A stretch of DNA of 63,690 bases, the filler included. It is 8 parts of 8 records of this genome, joined end to end, with 100 filler letters (N's around TTAATTAATTAA, not from the genome) between each part and the next. Parts side by side here need not be neighbours in the genome. Positions count along the whole stretch, not along the records: positions 1 to 13,800 come from DRR723986_10433; positions 13,901 to 21,389 come from DRR723986_10436; positions 21,490 to 30,625 come from DRR723986_10443; 5 more parts are not named here. One strand, written 5' to 3'. Both the position numbers and the translations under genes were made by a program. Each line of letters opens with the position of its first letter. Position 1 is the stretch's first letter. Below, one piece after another: positions 11,222-21,499 of the stretch. The notes under the pieces are model-generated. The model was not told where the DNA came from. It saw only the letters and a program-made list of their open reading frames with translations, and made no database searches.

Positions 11222-12895
11222 ATGACAAAGCAAACACTCACAGGCGCCCCCGTTCACTGGGCTGTCGAAATGCACGCGAAAGAAGTGCGTGACGGACACC
11301 TCAGCCGCCGCGAGTTTCTGACCCGCGCCACGGCCCTGGGTGTAACCGCGCCAGCAGCCTATGCGATGATCGGCATGGCATCCCCCGTAGAAGCGGCCGC
11401 GCACGCTCAAAAGGGCGGCACACTGCGTATGCAGATGGAAGTACGGGCCCTTAAAGATCCCCGCACCTACGACTGGACCCAGATCGCGACCTTCTCCGCA
11501 GGTTGGCTGGAATATCTGGTTGAATACAACTCGGACGGCTCGTTTGAGCCCATGCTGCTGGAAAGCTGGGAAGCCAACGCAGACGCAACTGAATACACAT
11601 TGCACGTTCGCAAAGGCGCGAAGTGGAACGATGGTTCCGATTTCACCGCCGAAGACGTTGCACGCAACATCGAAGGCTGGTGTGACAAGAGCGTCGAGGG
11701 CAACTCGATGGCTGGTCGTATGGCCTCTTTGATCGATGCCGACACGGGCAAAGCGCTGGATGGTGCGATCTCTGTTGTAGACAGCCATACCGTCAAACTG
11801 ACACTGCCAAACCCGGACATTACCATTATTCCAGGCATGGCGGATTATCCGGCGGCCATTATCCCAGCTGGCTTTAGCGCAGATTCCATGCTCGATAATC
11901 CTGTTGGCACCGGTTATATGCTGCCAGCTGAACTCGAAGTCGGCGTCAAAGGAACTTTGGTGCGCAACGACGGGCACGAATGGTGGGGCTACGCGGCTGG
12001 CAAAGGCGGCCATCTGGATCGCATCGAATTCATCGATTACGGCACTGACCCTGCGGCAGTTGTCTCGGCCTATGAATCCGAAGAAATCGACGTGAACTGG
12101 GAATCCGAAGGCGAATTCATCGAAGTTCTCGATGGCCTTGACCTGACCAAATCCACCGTTGTGTCGGGTGCCACAATCGTGATCCGCCCCAACCAGCTTG
12201 CCGAAGACGAGAATGGCAAGAAGATCTACGCCGACAAACGTGTCCGTCAGGCGATCTCGATGGCGGTAGACAACAATGTGTGTCTGGAACTGGGCTATTC
12301 CAACAACGGTGCGGCTGCTGACAACTGCCACGTTGGTCCAGTTCACCCGGAATTCAACCCGGACTCAACACGCTTGCCGTTCGATCCCGTCAAGGCCAAG
12401 GCCCTGATGGAAGAAGCTGGCATGATGGATTTTGAGCACGAGCTGATTTCGATCGACGATGGCTATCGCCGTGACACCACCGACGCTGTCGCAGCACAGC
12501 TGCGTGACGCTGGTTTCAAAGTGAAGCGGACAGTTCTGCCCGGCTCAACATTCTGGAACGACTGGGTCAAATACCCCTTCTCCTCCACCAACTGGAACCA
12601 CCGTCCTCTGGGCACACAGGTTCTGGGTCTGGCGTATCGTTCCGGCGAGGCGTGGAATGAATTTGGTTGGGCTAATGCTGAATTTGACGCGCTGCTGTCC
12701 GAAGCCAATTCCATTGCGGATGCAGATGCTCGCCGCGTTGTGATGGGTAAGATCCAGGCCATCGTGATCGAAGAAGGCGTGACCATTCAGCCATATTGGC
12801 GCTCGATCCAGCGCCACCACACAGACGCCGTTGTGGGTGTTGATATGCACATCGCATACCTACCACAGCTCTACAAATGGGGCCTCAAAGCCTAA
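11222..12895 (+). CDS. ABC transporter substrate-binding protein, family 5 (peptide/nickel type), Tat-exported
   Basis: GGGAG RBS before ATG 11222; twin-arginine motif SRREFL; family-5 motifs ([37 protein letters not shown]). Confidence 0.9.
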   Translation: MTKQTLTGAPVHWAVEMHAKEVRDGHLSRREFLTRATALGVTAPAAYAMIGMASPVEAAAHAQKGGTLRMQMEVRALKDPRTYDWTQIATFSAGWLEYLVEYNSDGSFEPMLLESWEANADATEYTLHVRKGAKWNDGSDFTAEDVARNIEGWCDKSVEGNSMAGRMASLIDADTGKALDGAISVVDSHTVKLTLPNPDITIIPGMADYPAAIIPAGFSADSMLDNPVGTGYMLPAELEVGVKGTLVRNDGHEWWGYAAGKGGHLDRIEFIDYGTDPAAVVSAYESEEIDVNWESEGEFIEVLDGLDLTKSTVVSGATIVIRPNQLAEDENGKKIYADKRVRQAISMAVDNNVCLELGYSNNGAAADNCHVGPVHPEFNPDSTRLPFDPVKAKALMEEAGMMDFEHELISIDDGYRRDTTDAVAAQLRDAGFKVKRTVLPGSTFWNDWVKYPFSSTNWNHRPLGTQVLGLAYRSGEAWNEFGWANAEFDALLSEANSIADADARRVVMGKIQAIVIEEGVTIQPYWRSIQRHHTDAVVGVDMHIAYLPQLYKWGLKA

Positions 12896-12911
12896 TTTCG
12901 TAAGTCAAACA

Positions 12912-12935
12912 GGACCGCGCCCCTCGGCGCGGTCC
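12912..12935 (+). other. Intercistronic stem-loop after the SBP gene (mRNA stabiliser or partial terminator)
   Basis: Perfect 10-bp stem GGACCGCGCC-cctc-GGCGCGGTCC with only a weak U tail (ATTTG), between SBP and permease. Confidence 0.65.
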
Positions 12936-13020
12936 ATTTGTCCGATACAATCGGTCCAGCAATAAAATAGTGACATCTCCTTACGTCGGGCGTTTGTCGC
13001 AGCCACCTACAGGGGCAGCC

Positions 13021-13800
13021 ATGGGACTCTTCATCCTGCGCAGAGTTGGGGTCATGATTTTGACCGCGCTTTGCCTGACATTCATCGTCTTCTTTATGAC
13101 GAACCTCTATCCGAACCTAGAAAAGCTTGCCAAAACACAGGGCAACTTCCGTATGTCTGATGAGGCGGTCGCCTCTTGGCTAGAACGCGGCGGATATTTG
13201 CAATCTACACCCCGGAAATACGCCGAATGGGTCGGTATTGTTCCCTCGTATCGGCACACAGCCGAAGACGGAATTGTCACGGGTCGTTGCATTGAACCCG
13301 GAATGGATGCGGCTGACGCGCCCAGTTTCTGTGGCATTCTGCAAGGATATTGGGGCTATTCAACCGTTTTCAAAGACAGTGTAGGCAAGATCGTTGGAAC
13401 GCGACTGGCCTTGACCGGTAAGTTGATGCTGTGGGTTATGCTTTTGATGATCCCCAGTGCGTTGATCCTTGGCGTTCTTGCGGGCATGAAAGAAGGCAGC
13501 AAAACAGACCGTACGCTGTCGACTTTTGCCATCACAACGACCGCGACACCCGAATACGTATCGGGCGTGATTTTCATTGCGTTGTTGGCATCGTCAAAGT
13601 TCGGGTTGAGCCCCATTTTGTATGAATGGGGTTGGATCGAAAGCAAAACCTTATTCAAGGGCACTGCGACATCGGCCATGAAAGAAGCCACATTTAGTAA
13701 CTTCTTCCTGCCAGTTCTAACGATTGCCTTGTATGGCATGGGCTATATTGCCCGGATGACACGTGCCTCAATGGCCGAGGTCATGACCGCGCAATATATC
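13021..13800 (+). CDS. ABC transporter permease, DppB/OppB type (truncated by contig end)
   Basis: MGLFILRR start, hydrophobic helices, ARMTRASMAEVM EAA-loop region at the break. Confidence 0.9.
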
Positions 13801-13900
13801 NNNNNNNNNNNNNNNNNNNNNNNNNNNNNNNNNNNNNNNNNNNNTTAATTAATTAANNNNNNNNNNNNNNNNNNNNNNNNNNNNNNNNNNNNNNNNNNNN
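13801..13900. other. Artificial contig spacer (44N-TTAATTAATTAA-44N)
   Basis: Identical 100-bp structure seen seven times; the linker puts stop codons in all six frames. Confidence 0.99.
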
Positions 13901-13901
13901 C

Positions 13902-14060
13902 AAGGGCTGGCACCTGACGCTGGGCATCCTGTTCATGTTGGTTGTGATCTTCCTGCCCGGTGGTTTGGTTGAAGGTGGTCAAAAAATCGCAGCTTGGGTG
14001 CGCAAAAAGCGCAAAAAAGGCAGCGATGACACCACCACCAAAACCGAACCTGCAGAATAA
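13902..14060 (+). CDS. C-terminal fragment of a branched-chain amino acid type ABC permease (LivM-like)
   Basis: Translates [28 protein letters not shown]...AE*; directly upstream of two Liv-type ATPases. Confidence 0.8.
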   Translation, partial: KGWHLTLGILFMLVVIFLPGGLVEGGQKIAAWVRKKRKKGSDDTTTKTEPAE

Positions 14061-14071
14061 GGAGACGCGAG

Positions 14072-14827
14072 ATGGGAATTCTTGAAGTCAAAGGCGTCAA
14101 CAAACGGTTCGGTGGTCTCCAAGCGCTGGGGGATGTAAACCTCAGCGTGGCTGAAAACACCGTGCACGCCATCATCGGCCCCAACGGGGCCGGCAAATCC
14201 ACCCTGCTGAACTGTTTGGTGGGCAAGTTGATCCCCGACACAGGGTCGGTCATGTTCGACGGGCAATCGGTGCTGGGGCGCAAGCCGTTCGAAATCAATC
14301 AGATGGGCATTTCCCGAGTGTTCCAAACACCCGAGATCTTTGGCGATCTGAGCGTTCTGGAGAACATGATGATCCCCTGCTTTGCCAAACGGGATGGCGC
14401 GTTCGAATTGAACGCCATCCCCTCGGTCGCCAGCCAAAAGGATGTGCTGGAAAAGGCCGAGGCAATGCTGGTCGACATGAACATGGCCGACAAACGGCAC
14501 ATGAATGCGGCCTCGATGTCGCGGGGCGATAAACGTCGGCTTGAAATTGGCATGTGCCTGTCTCAGGAACCGCGCCTGCTGTTGTTGGACGAACCCACCG
14601 CCGGTATGGCGCGGGCGGATACCAACAACACCATCGATCTGCTGAAACAGATCAAGGACGAACGCGACATCACCATCGCGATCATCGAACACGACATGCA
14701 TGTGGTTTTCTCACTGTCCGAGCGCATCACCGTTCTGGCCCAGGGCACCCCCCTTGTCGAAGACACGCCCGAAAACATCAAAGGCCACCCCAAGGTACGC
14801 GAAGCCTATCTGGGCGAGAGCGCTTAA
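14072..14827 (+). CDS. ABC transporter ATP-binding protein, LivG-like
   Basis: GPNGAGKST, LLLDEPTAG, IEHDM, VREAYLG. Confidence 0.94.
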   Translation: MGILEVKGVNKRFGGLQALGDVNLSVAENTVHAIIGPNGAGKSTLLNCLVGKLIPDTGSVMFDGQSVLGRKPFEINQMGISRVFQTPEIFGDLSVLENMMIPCFAKRDGAFELNAIPSVASQKDVLEKAEAMLVDMNMADKRHMNAASMSRGDKRRLEIGMCLSQEPRLLLLDEPTAGMARADTNNTIDLLKQIKDERDITIAIIEHDMHVVFSLSERITVLAQGTPLVEDTPENIKGHPKVREAYLGESA

Positions 14828-14839
14828 AGGAGAAGAACC

Positions 14840-15595
14840 ATGAACGTTAAACCGGACTTTTCCAAAAACGCCAATATGGCCACCACGGCCCCGGCCTTTC
14901 TCTCGGTCTGGGACATGCATGCCTATTACGGTGAAAGCTACATCGTGCAGGGCATCAGCTTCAACGTGCACGAGGGTGAAATCCTCGCCCTGTTGGGGCG
15001 TAACGGGGCGGGCAAAACATCGACCCTGCGTGCCATTGCCCGACTGGATGACCCGCAAGTCTCGCACGGTGAAATCTGGCTGGATCACAAACCCCTGCAC
15101 AACATGTCCAGCTATGAGGCCGCCACCGTCGGACTGGGGCTGGTCCCCGAAGATCGCCGCATCATCGCGGGTCTGACAGTCGAAGAAAACCTGCAACTGG
15201 CCCAAATCGCCCCGCCCATCGGGTGGTCAATCGAGCGTCTTTATGAATTGTTCCCGCGCCTTGGTGAACGCCGCAAACAAGAGGGCGTGACCCTTTCTGG
15301 TGGTGAACAACAGATGCTGGCAATTGCCCGTGCATTGGCCCGCGATATCAAAGTGCTGCTGCTGGACGAACCCTACGAGGGTCTGGCCCCGGTGATCGTG
15401 GATGAGATCGAAAAAACCCTCATCCACATCAAGGAACAGGGCATGACAACTGTCATCGTTGAGCAAAACGCCGTGCGGGCGCTGGAGCTGGCGGATCGTG
15501 CCGTCATTCTGGACACCGGTGGCATCGTCTTTGACGGGTCGGCAGCTGAGGTTCTGGAAAACGAGGAACTGCGCGCTGAATATCTGGCGATCTAA
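14840..15595 (+). CDS. ABC transporter ATP-binding protein, LivF-like
   Basis: GRNGAGKTS, VPEDRRI, LSGGEQQMLAIAR, LLDEP, VEQN. Confidence 0.94.
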   Translation: MNVKPDFSKNANMATTAPAFLSVWDMHAYYGESYIVQGISFNVHEGEILALLGRNGAGKTSTLRAIARLDDPQVSHGEIWLDHKPLHNMSSYEAATVGLGLVPEDRRIIAGLTVEENLQLAQIAPPIGWSIERLYELFPRLGERRKQEGVTLSGGEQQMLAIARALARDIKVLLLDEPYEGLAPVIVDEIEKTLIHIKEQGMTTVIVEQNAVRALELADRAVILDTGGIVFDGSAAEVLENEELRAEYLAI

Positions 15596-15647
15596 CTGAA
15601 CACTCCCCGTCGAGAAAGAGCTTAGGCTCTTGCGTCGACCACCTCTT

Positions 15648-15677
15648 GGCCAGCTCTTCACGAGCTGGCCTTTTTTT
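15648..15677 (+). terminator. Rho-independent terminator of the Liv-type operon
   Basis: GGCCAGCTC-ttcac-GAGCTGGCC followed by T7. Confidence 0.9.
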
Positions 15678-15728
15678 GTGTCCACAGAAAGGCTTGTCGG
15701 ACGTGGATATTCCCGCCTAAATAGCGTC

Positions 15729-16595
15729 ATGAAAATTTGTGCTATGACAATGGTGTATCGGGACTATTGGGCGCTGTCCCAATGGTATGCCCATTTTGGA
15801 CGACACTTGGGGCATGAAAACCTGTTCATTGTTGCCCACGGTCCAGACCCCGAAATTCAGCGGCGCTGCCCGCTGGCCAGCATCATCACCATTCCACGCG
15901 AGAAATTCGACAACTTCGACAATTCGCGCAGCAAAATGCTGAACGCATTTCAGAACGGTTTGGATGAAATCTACGACTGGGTGATCCGAACGGATGCAGA
16001 CGAACTGATCTGCCTTGATCCCTCGCTCTACGAGAGTTTCGAGGACTTCTTTGCCCAACAAGAGGGCAAATCCGCGTTCTCACTGGGCATAAACCTTGCC
16101 GAAATCGAAGGCGATGCCCCCCTACCCCATGATACCCCGGTCCTGAAATTGCGGCGGCATGCGCTGTTCTCAAGCCATTACAGCAAAGCCTGGGCCGTGC
16201 GCGGGCGTATTGGGTTGCATAGACATGGGGTTCAGGTGCGTCCGCGATTTTGTGAAGACTACCCCTTTCACATTCCACGTGGCGTCTATCTCATTCATCT
16301 GAAATTCGCCAATGGGCTGGCCTTGGCGCTGGCGAACAAACACCGCCACGCTGTCGCCAATTCCGAAGGCAAAGGATTGCCGGGGCAAAGTTGGCGCGAT
16401 CCTGATGTGTCAATTCAGCGGATCAGCAAACAGCTGGACAACTCAAAGCTGCTGCCATGGGCCCGCGCCGAAGAACGCGCCTATGAGATCATTTCGAAAG
16501 AGCCGATCCGGGATTTGAAAAAGGGGATTGTGCGCGTGTGTGACCGGCCCATTCGAATACAGACAACTCTACCCGAATGGTTCCAATCGGCCTGA
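15729..16595 (+). CDS. Glycosyltransferase family 2-like protein (Glyco_tranf_2_4 type)
   Basis: MKICAMTMVYRD..W..H N-terminus, DWVIRTDADELI DxD motif, LIHLKF; typical Roseobacter GT2-like pattern. Confidence 0.75.
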   Translation: MKICAMTMVYRDYWALSQWYAHFGRHLGHENLFIVAHGPDPEIQRRCPLASIITIPREKFDNFDNSRSKMLNAFQNGLDEIYDWVIRTDADELICLDPSLYESFEDFFAQQEGKSAFSLGINLAEIEGDAPLPHDTPVLKLRRHALFSSHYSKAWAVRGRIGLHRHGVQVRPRFCEDYPFHIPRGVYLIHLKFANGLALALANKHRHAVANSEGKGLPGQSWRDPDVSIQRISKQLDNSKLLPWARAEERAYEIISKEPIRDLKKGIVRVCDRPIRIQTTLPEWFQSA

Positions 16596-16601
16596 CACCG
16601 G

Positions 16602-17405
16602 CTATTGCACGGTCCATCCCCCGTCCACCGGAATGGAGGCCCCGACAACATTGTGGGCAATGGGAGAACACAGCCAAAGTGCCAAAGCGCCAATTTCAGC
16701 AGGCTCAGACCCGCGTAGCGAGGGCTGTTTGTCCTTTAACATATCAGCCACCGCTGCCTCACGATCCGCCCCAAGTGCCGCCATGCGCTCTTTGATCTGC
16801 GGTTCAATAATCGCGGTATTCGTCCAACCGGGGCAGATGCAGTTTACCGTCACCCCGCCTTTGGCCTTGTCCCCGCGCGAAGCATATTCCAACGCAGCCG
16901 TCTTAGAGAGACCGATCAAACCGTGCTTTGCAGCCACGTAAGGAGCCTTTTGTTTACTCGCCACCAGACCATGAACAGACGCTATATTGATAACCCGCCC
17001 ATATCCCCGATTGGCCATTTCAGGCATCGCTGCCTGCATTGTGTAAAACGCAGCGCTCAGGTTCACGGACAGGATGCTCTCCCACATATCGCTGGGTAGT
17101 TTTGACAGCCAATCCGTGTGTTGAATGCCCGCATTGTTCACCAAAATATCGGCCCCACCCCACGCAGCAACAGCAGCCATTAGGTCCTGTATCTGCGTGG
17201 GGTGCCGCAGATCACCACGAAAGAAGGCAGCGTCTGTCGCCCCTTTCTTGCGCAAATGATGGCAGACCTCTTCGATCTGTGCATCACCCGCGATACCGTG
17301 AACCGCAATACGTGCCCCTGCGCCCGCCAACGCTTCGGCAATCGCCAATCCGATTCCCTGCACCGATCCGGTGACCAAGGCTGTCTTTCCCGTCAGATCC
17401 GTCAT
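16602..17405 (-). CDS. 3-hydroxybutyrate dehydrogenase (SDR family)
   Basis: TGSVQGIG, NNAGIQH, NIASVHGLVAS, YVAAKHG, ICPGW, KQPS. Confidence 0.88.
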   Translation of the reverse strand: MTDLTGKTALVTGSVQGIGLAIAEALAGAGARIAVHGIAGDAQIEEVCHHLRKKGATDAAFFRGDLRHPTQIQDLMAAVAAWGGADILVNNAGIQHTDWLSKLPSDMWESILSVNLSAAFYTMQAAMPEMANRGYGRVINIASVHGLVASKQKAPYVAAKHGLIGLSKTAALEYASRGDKAKGGVTVNCICPGWTNTAIIEPQIKERMAALGADREAAVADMLKDKQPSLRGSEPAEIGALALWLCSPIAHNVVGASIPVDGGWTVQ

Positions 17406-18910
17406 GTTCCCTCCGCCAGCTGCGTCCTCAGTTCTGTCTTGAGCACTTTGCCATAATTGTTTTTGGGCAACTCTTGCACAAACACATACTCTTTGGGTCG
17501 CTTGAAACGTGCAATGTTTTCAACACACAGTTGATCCAAGACATCTGTTGTGGCTTCTCCGACAACAAAGGCTACGACCTCTTCGCCCCAATCGGTATGC
17601 GGGCGCCCTACGACGGACACTTCGGTCACTAACGGATGAGTTAGCAGAACCTCTTCGACCTCACGCGGATATACATTTGATCCGCCAGAGATAATCAGAT
17701 CTTTTGATCTGTCTTGCATTGTCAAATACCCATCGCCGTCAAGAAACCCCATGTCACCGGTCATCAGCCAGCCATCAACCAATGTCTTGTCGGTGGCTTT
17801 GGGATTTTGCCAATATCCCGGCATCACCACATCCCCACGCACCATGATTTCGCCGTGTTTACCAATTGGCACGGGGTTTCCGTTTTCATCCCCGATCTGC
17901 ACCTCGACCGTGGATTGTGCGCGCCCGACGCTGGCCAACCGTTGTTGCCATCGGGGATGTGTTCGATCACTGACATCATGACGCGACAGGGCCGTGATCC
18001 CCATGGGGCATTCCCCCTGCCCATAAATCTGTACGAAAATCGGTCCAAAATGGGTGGTCGCGTCGATAATGTCGGCCAAATACATCGGGCCACCCGCATA
18101 AACGATTGTGCGCAAGCCTGTACCAGCCTCGCCAGTCGCCTTTGCCACATCGGTCATGCGCTTAACCATCGTCGGGGCGGCAAACATCTGCACCCGATCA
18201 AAGTGCCGCGCCAGATCAAAGATCTCGGACTCGTCAAAGCCACCAGACACCGGGCAGACATGGCGGGCCCCGGCCAGCACGTGCAGCATGTTGTAGATGC
18301 CGGCACCATGGCTCATCGGCGCGGCATAAAGCACCGCATCCTTATCGCTTACCGCATCTACATCGGTAGAGTAGGTCAGCGACATCGCGACTAGCATGCG
18401 ATGGGTGATCATCACACCTTTTGGCTTGCCCGTTGTTCCGGACGTGTAGAACAGCCACGCTAAGTCATCAGGCGCGCGCGTCGCGGGGGCTTCAACCGGA
18501 TTGTGCGCCAAAGCAACCGCGTAGGCCGCGCTGGTCACATCCACACATCGCACCGGGACATCAGTTTCTTGAATGGCCTCGGTCAGTCCAGGCGAAGTAA
18601 AACACAACTCTGCGCCCGCGTTTTCAAGGATATAGGCCACCTCGCGTCCGTGCAGTTTTGAATTGATCGCGACAACCGCAGCCCCTGCGTACCAAACCGC
18701 AAACTGTGCAATCAAATAATCCGGGCAGTTCTTGAGACACAGCCCCACCCGATCCCCCGGCTGTACACCCTGTGCCAGCAACCACCCCGCCAAGCGCGCG
18801 GCCCGATCGTGAAATGTGCCGTAGTCCGCGACCTGATCCCGCCCCAGAAACAATGCGGGGCGGGTTGGGTTCACTTGTGCCTGTCGGCTCAGCCAAAGAC
18901 CAAGGTTCAC
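17402..18910 (-). CDS. Acyl-CoA synthetase / AMP-binding enzyme
   Basis: FYTSGTTGKPKG, YGQGE, TGDMG, DRSKDLIISGGSNVYPREVE, LPKNNYGKVLK; 4-bp overlaps with both neighbours. Confidence 0.93.
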   Translation of the reverse strand: MNLGLWLSRQAQVNPTRPALFLGRDQVADYGTFHDRAARLAGWLLAQGVQPGDRVGLCLKNCPDYLIAQFAVWYAGAAVVAINSKLHGREVAYILENAGAELCFTSPGLTEAIQETDVPVRCVDVTSAAYAVALAHNPVEAPATRAPDDLAWLFYTSGTTGKPKGVMITHRMLVAMSLTYSTDVDAVSDKDAVLYAAPMSHGAGIYNMLHVLAGARHVCPVSGGFDESEIFDLARHFDRVQMFAAPTMVKRMTDVAKATGEAGTGLRTIVYAGGPMYLADIIDATTHFGPIFVQIYGQGECPMGITALSRHDVSDRTHPRWQQRLASVGRAQSTVEVQIGDENGNPVPIGKHGEIMVRGDVVMPGYWQNPKATDKTLVDGWLMTGDMGFLDGDGYLTMQDRSKDLIISGGSNVYPREVEEVLLTHPLVTEVSVVGRPHTDWGEEVVAFVVGEATTDVLDQLCVENIARFKRPKEYVFVQELPKNNYGKVLKTELRTQLAEGT

Positions 18911-20067
18911 GCTTTCACCGCCTCTAGGATCGAGGCGTAGTTGGCAACACCTGAGCCACCCATATTGAACACCAAGCCCAGTTCAGCCCCCGGATGCTGC
19001 ATGGCATCCGCCTGTCCCAATACCTGTCGCGCGATGAGCGTATGCATTGACACCCCTGTTGCCCCAACCGGATGCCCCTTAGCCTTGAGCCCGCCGGACA
19101 AGTTCACCGGCAAGGTGCCGCCTGCATGCACAACACCGCCTTCGAGAACATCTGCGGCATGCCCATGTGCGGCCAGCCCCATAGCCTCGTAAATCAACAG
19201 CTCAGCGATTGTGAAACAGTCATGGACTTCGGCCACGTCTAGATCCCCGACCGTGATTCCCGCGCGATCATATGCAGCGTGAATGGCTTTGCGCGGCCCC
19301 TCAAACGCCAACACATCCCGCTGCGACATCGCAATGACATCATTGACCTGCGCGACACCCCTCATTCGCACCGCTTTGGACACATCGCCCAAAAGATCCC
19401 CGGACACCATGACCAAGGCTGCCGCCCCGTCAGACACCAAAGAACAATCTGTTTTCTTGAGCGGGGCCGCGATAATCGGGTTGCGGTCAGAGACGGCTGC
19501 ACAAAAAGCCTCGTCCATAGGTTTCTGCAACTGAGCCAGCGGATTGTTGACCGAATTCCCGTGGTTTTTGGCGGCAATCTTGGCCAAAGCTTGCGTGTGA
19601 TCGCCGTTTTTCTGGAAATAGGCTTGGGCGAATTGGGCAAAAACACCGGGAAACGACAGACCTGCCTCTTCCTTTTGGTAGGCCGCATGACCCAGCGCAG
19701 TCGCCACATCGGCAGTTGGCAGATGGGTCATCTTTTCCACCCCAATGACCAAGGCGACTTTGGTTTCCCCCGACAGGATCGCCTGACGCGCGGCAAACAC
19801 AGCCGCCGACCCAGACGCACAGGCGTTTTCCAGACGAGTTGCCGGTTTGAACCTCAAAGCAGGGTCAATCGACATGGCCAGCGATGACGGGAACCCATCT
19901 GGCACCAACCCGCCATTGAAATGACCCATCCAGATGCCATCAACGTCAGCAGCCCCGATCCCGGCATCTGCCAAAGCTTCGCGCCCAGCGGCTGCAATCA
20001 TGTCTTCGAGCGACATATCGGTCAACTTGCCAAACTTCGTGTGGCCCCAACCCGCGATATAAACCAT
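18907..20067 (-). CDS. Thiolase family protein (SCP2/SCP-x-like)
   Basis: ENACASGS catalytic Cys, SDGAAA, EVHDCF, GHPVGATG; C-terminal NMGG in place of CxGGG. Confidence 0.9.
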   Translation of the reverse strand: MVYIAGWGHTKFGKLTDMSLEDMIAAAGREALADAGIGAADVDGIWMGHFNGGLVPDGFPSSLAMSIDPALRFKPATRLENACASGSAAVFAARQAILSGETKVALVIGVEKMTHLPTADVATALGHAAYQKEEAGLSFPGVFAQFAQAYFQKNGDHTQALAKIAAKNHGNSVNNPLAQLQKPMDEAFCAAVSDRNPIIAAPLKKTDCSLVSDGAAALVMVSGDLLGDVSKAVRMRGVAQVNDVIAMSQRDVLAFEGPRKAIHAAYDRAGITVGDLDVAEVHDCFTIAELLIYEAMGLAAHGHAADVLEGGVVHAGGTLPVNLSGGLKAKGHPVGATGVSMHTLIARQVLGQADAMQHPGAELGLVFNMGGSGVANYASILEAVKA

Positions 20068-20154
20068 GAAAACTCTCCCCTTTTGTCAGGAGAAACCTAC
20101 CCATACCAATGTAGCCCCTTCAATTCCGTAGAAATACCCGGCACTCTGTGCGAC

Positions 20155-20691
20155 ATGAGTGATCTTGCATTTGAATACGCCCCCGTCGGCTTGGTAGAGC
20201 TGGAAAACCGGATTATCCGGCGGTGCAATTTGCAATTCGCGCAAACATTCGGCGGGCATGAAAGCGAATATCGCGACATGCCTTTGCTGCATCTCTATCC
20301 CAGCCACGCCGAGTTTGAGCGCATCGGCGCACGCGGTCTGGCGGCAATGCAAGACACAGGCTATTACAACGACGAACGCATTATGCGCCGCCGCAACGGC
20401 GATCTGTTCTGGTGTCGGGCACGGGGCAAATCACTGACACCCGACGACCCGTTCCTGCACGGTATCTGGAGCTTTTCAGACATCTCAGAAGATCGCCCGC
20501 TGGTCGAATTGACCCCGCGCGAACGGGACGTGGCCATTTTAACCTGCCGGGGTCTGTCGGCCAAAGAGGTCGGCGGCGAACTGGGCCTGTCCTACCGCAC
20601 CATCGAAGCGCATCGCGCCCGATTGTTGGAAAAATTTGGCGCCCGGAAACTACCGGAACTGGTGGCGAAACTCTCTGGTATGCCCTTATGA
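20155..20691 (+). CDS. PAS-domain LuxR family transcriptional regulator
   Basis: N-terminal PAS (AFEYAPVG..CN..F, RIMRRRNGDLFWC); C-terminal LTPRE...SYRTIEAHRARL LuxR HTH; divergent from the thiolase operon. Confidence 0.9.
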   Translation: MSDLAFEYAPVGLVELENRIIRRCNLQFAQTFGGHESEYRDMPLLHLYPSHAEFERIGARGLAAMQDTGYYNDERIMRRRNGDLFWCRARGKSLTPDDPFLHGIWSFSDISEDRPLVELTPRERDVAILTCRGLSAKEVGGELGLSYRTIEAHRARLLEKFGARKLPELVAKLSGMPL

Positions 20692-20835
20692 AACGTCCCC
20701 CCTCGCAATTTGGCACGACATACACCATCTTTGCCTGTGTAACGGCGCTTTTCATGGGACACACGTTGGCCTATAACGCCGGGTAATTTACAGCCCGCGC
20801 AACAGACGGGCATAGCGGAACCGTCGAGGACACTC

Positions 20836-21330
20836 ATGACTGACACCAAACACGAAGCGGATGTGGCATTTATCAAAGCATTGGCCGAACTGCTGCGCGA
20901 AAACGATCTGACTGAACTTCAGGTCAAGCGCGAATATGGCGAAGAAGACAGCCTGAACGTCCGCGTCAGCCGTGCCGCTCCTGCGCCGATCATGGCCGCT
21001 GCACCTGCTCAGCTGGCGCTGCCTGCTGCTGCTCCGGTTGCAGTCGCTGCCCCTGCCGCCGCTGCAGAAGCCCCTGCCGAAGATCCCGCAAGCCACCCCG
21101 GCGCGGTCACCTCGCCTATGGTTGGTACCGTCTATATGCAAGCCGAACCCGGCTCGCCTGCATTCGTGACCGTTGGTGCGCAGATCAACGAAGGCGACAC
21201 GCTGTTGATCGTTGAAGCCATGAAAACCATGAACCACATTCATGCGACCAAAACAGGGACGGTCAAACGTATCCTGGTGGCTGATGGTGATGCCGTTGAA
21301 TTCGGTACACCGCTGGTCATCATCGAATAA
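20836..21330 (+). CDS. accB: Acetyl-CoA carboxylase biotin carboxyl carrier protein
   Basis: Ala/Pro linker, SPMVGT, EAMK biotinylation motif. Confidence 0.97.
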   Translation: MTDTKHEADVAFIKALAELLRENDLTELQVKREYGEEDSLNVRVSRAAPAPIMAAAPAQLALPAAAPVAVAAPAAAAEAPAEDPASHPGAVTSPMVGTVYMQAEPGSPAFVTVGAQINEGDTLLIVEAMKTMNHIHATKTGTVKRILVADGDAVEFGTPLVIIE

Positions 21331-21340
21331 GGCGCGGCGC

Positions 21341-21389
21341 ATGTTTGACAAAATCCTGATTGCCAACCGCGGAGAGATCGCCCTGCGCG
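21341..21389 (+). CDS. accC: Biotin carboxylase AccC, N-terminal fragment (contig end)
   Basis: MFDKILIANRGEIALR immediately after accB. Confidence 0.92.
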
Positions 21390-21489
21390 NNNNNNNNNNN
21401 NNNNNNNNNNNNNNNNNNNNNNNNNNNNNNNNNTTAATTAATTAANNNNNNNNNNNNNNNNNNNNNNNNNNNNNNNNNNNNNNNNNNNN
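21390..21489. other. Artificial contig spacer
   Basis: 44N-TTAATTAATTAA-44N. Confidence 0.99.
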
Positions 21490-21499
21490 GGGACGGCCC

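Noticed and set aside
11147-12346. 399-aa antisense ORF over the SBP gene
   Set aside because: Shadow ORF from codon bias of a well-supported gene on the other strand; no motifs.
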